Position numbers and translations under genes: made by a program
From: Psilocybe cubensis
Taxonomy: Eukaryota
Direction: 5' to 3'
DNA: 64,000 nt
Assembly (NCBI GenBank): GCA_017499595.2
Contig: CM039005.1
Span: 1,302,001-1,366,000 of the forward strand
Shown here: one piece after another, positions 61,422 to 64,000 of the stretch
Layout: every line of letters starts with the position of its first letter
How positions within the stretch are numbered: the stretch's first letter is position 1
The notes under the pieces: generated by a model
What the model saw: the letters and a program-made list of their open reading frames with translations, nothing else
What the model was told of the DNA's origin: nothing
The model's database searches: none

Positions 61422-62783
61422 TTATGATAAAACATTGACAGCATTAAATATTTTGGAAAGTTTTTTCTTCCCCAACGCAAATAATTGCCGCTTTTTGTGA
61501 GAAGGAGAATATTCCATAGCTATCTTTTGGGCCATGAGCATATGCGAATCAAATCTTTTAATCCATATCTCGGAAGAAAGAGATTCTGGATCCAATGAAT
61601 TGATGAGACGTTCAAATTGCTGAAGTGATTCTGCCGCAGTAGGTCTCATGTCAGGGCTAGGATGGGTCATCGCTGCATAGAGGGGTTCAAGGAAGTCCAA
61701 CCCGGTATATTCCTGACCAGTAAAGCGTTGTATAGTAAGTAGCACGTAGAGTGACAATTCTATTTGCTTACTTTGGAAAATTGTTGTACCTGACATCCTA
61801 GTTGGTATACATCCAATTTGAAAGGGTCGTATGGTGCTTCGAGAGACCACTCAGGTACTGTTTTGACCTGGCCGTATCGTCCTTCCGATAAAACATTTGG
61901 AGGAAAGTAATCAGCGGTCTCATAATCAATCATGTAATATTTCACAGGGGCAACCAGGCAACGGTCTTTAAAAACAGCCCAAGATTTACCGTCAGGATGA
62001 AGGGAATGTCGCGCGTAATGGAAGCTGCTAGGAATGGCATTGGTAGGGTCCATCATATAGTTGAGAAAACATGCATCCCTGAAATAGAAAATTATAACCA
62101 CCAGATAAAAAATAAGTAATGGAAACATGCCTGTGAGCGATGCGGTGTTCGTGGAGAAATACAATTCCCTGTGCAAACCTACGTCAAATAAGCCGTTGAC
62201 TATAAACACACGGCCCCACCTTGATGAGCTGGTCAATTGCCTCTACAATCTCCCTGACGTGCTGAAATGGGAAGCTCCAACTCATCAAAGGGAATAAGAG
62301 AGGCATTACCAAGAGCACTGCCGATTCACGCGATTTGGCCATTTCATACTGCGACGGTAAAGGTATTACTTCGAGGAGGGGGACCGTGTTATTTCTGGGG
62401 TCCGCACGCATTTCAGGAGAATTCAAATATTCCAGGAGGGGTACGTTATCTTCCTCAAGGAAGACTTGCTTCATTACTACTCTTGCGCCGTCGCTGATGC
62501 GGGTAGCATCCATAAGGTTGTATTTCTGTGAAATTATGAAAAATGAATTGTCTATCTGAGATAATTGACTGAAGCGACGGACTTGGTATGAAATAAAGTC
62601 AGGAAAGTCAAACAGGTCCTTAAAGAAGTTCCAGGGTCTATTCCATGGAGGCTTCCAGTTTGGATGGTACCTAGGACGAAGCATGTACCCATGTTGTAAC
62701 AGGAAGGGATATATTTCCACCCATCTTGCTTCCAGCTGGGTGATCAGGCCTGCGGGATGACCATTATCCATGATGTTACGCAT
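61422..62783 (-). CDS. AgaK1-like atypical protein kinase, copy B
   Basis: Same motifs and exon layout as copy A (GIVFLHEHRIAHRDACFLN, IDYE, DPFKLDVYQLG); start could be the Met near 62771. Confidence 0.85.
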
Positions 62784-63287
62784 TCATAAGAGTTGGGGTG
62801 GGGGTTCTGCAAGCTTGAGACTTGAGACTTATAAGCACAACAACGGCGAAAGAAAATATTAAGAAAAGACCTGCAACGTTAACATTTCGAATTTCAACCA
62901 TCGCCGATCGGACATTTGATGTCACTGAGTTCGAACTGGATTTGAAATTTAAACCACGACTCCCAAGTGAGACGAGTCCAAGACGAGTCCCAACTTGCAT
63001 TGCCGACCTGGCTTTCCGTTCCCAGGACAAGGTCACTAAATATTCAAGGTGTATTCAGGGTCTGTCCATTGTCACTTCCAAACGTTTTTCTTCCTCCCTT
63101 TAGTTAACGTATCTGCCTAGTACGTGGATTTATGGCCATGAGCTCAACGTGAGCTTTGTTTGCTAGCCAGAAACAAGACCACTGATACCGTGATACCCCA
63201 GCGTGTGGTCAATGATACAGATTATTTGGACCACAATTGGAACCACGTGTTTGACATAAAGGTGTGTTATTACTTTTTATTACCTCC

Positions 63288-64000
63288 TCAGCTATCTACA
63301 CCAACTTTGACTTTCGAGCTTATCAACAAAAGACACCCGAAAACATTGGACAGCTTTTGATTGATCGATCTAAATATTCCAGGCTGGGTTTCGGGTGGTG
63401 AATATGCCATAGCTGCTTTTTGTCTAGCGAGTTGAGAAGCATTAAAACCTTTGATCCATATTTCGCGTTTTAAAGACGCTGGGTCCATCTCGTCGATAAT
63501 CTCCTTGAATTTTCGAAGGGAGTCAGCTGCAGTAGGCCTGAGATCAGGGTTGTCGCGTGTCATTGCAATGTAAAGTGGTTTCAAAAATTTTAAGCCTTTG
63601 TACTCCTGACAAGAGAAAAGTTCGGTTAGCACATTGCTCTTAGGAAAGAATGACTTCAGTATCTTACTTCTGCAAACCCTTTTACTTGGCATCCTAGTTG
63701 GTACACGTCCAGTTTAAAAGGGTCGTAAGGTGCGTCCAGCGACCACTCCGGAACTGTCTTGATTTGACCATATCGTCCCTCGGATAAAATGTTTGGAGGA
63801 AAGTATTCGGCAGTCTCGTAATCAATCATATAGTATTTTACTGGGGCAACCAGGCAACGGTCCTTGAAGACTGCCCGGGATTTGCCGTCGGGATGAAGGT
63901 AGTGTCGAACATAGTGGAAACTGTTGGGAATAGCGTTGGTGGGGTCCATCATGTAGTTCAGAAAACACGCATCCCTAGTACCAGACATCAGAATGAGCGG
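63288..64000 (-). CDS. AgaK1-like atypical protein kinase, copy C (5' part outside the window)
   Basis: DACFLNYMMDP...IDYETAEYF...DPFKLDVYQLG...EYKGLKFLKPLY; close to copy A including intron sequence. Confidence 0.85.

Overview
Intron-rich fungal genomic DNA, most likely a mushroom-forming basidiomycete (inferred from ~50-60 nt GT-AG introns, microexons, AgaK1-like kinases and a Plavaka transposon). Left to right: 3' part of a WD40 gene, an SDR, Old Yellow Enzyme (OYE) copy 1, a Ser/Thr-rich membrane protein, an intronless secreted protein, a ~3.4 kb strand-biased U-rich tract directly downstream of a PNRC/Edc1-like gene, ~6 kb of gene-poor DNA, an apparently intact 8075-bp Plavaka-type DNA transposon (two spliced genes, imperfect TIRs, TG target duplication), an OYE relic, OYE copy 2, a microexon small secreted protein, an MFS transporter, SYG1/XPR1, ARD1/NAA10, OYE copy 3, two F-box-like genes, hypothetical genes, KGD2, and three tandem AgaK1-like kinases. 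The most notable signals are the complete transposon, three OYE paralogues with different active-site residues (one lacks the whole His/Asn/Tyr set), and a decapping-activator-like gene followed by a long poly(U)-rich tract. All gene models were spliced by eye, and family calls come from motif recognition, not database searches.
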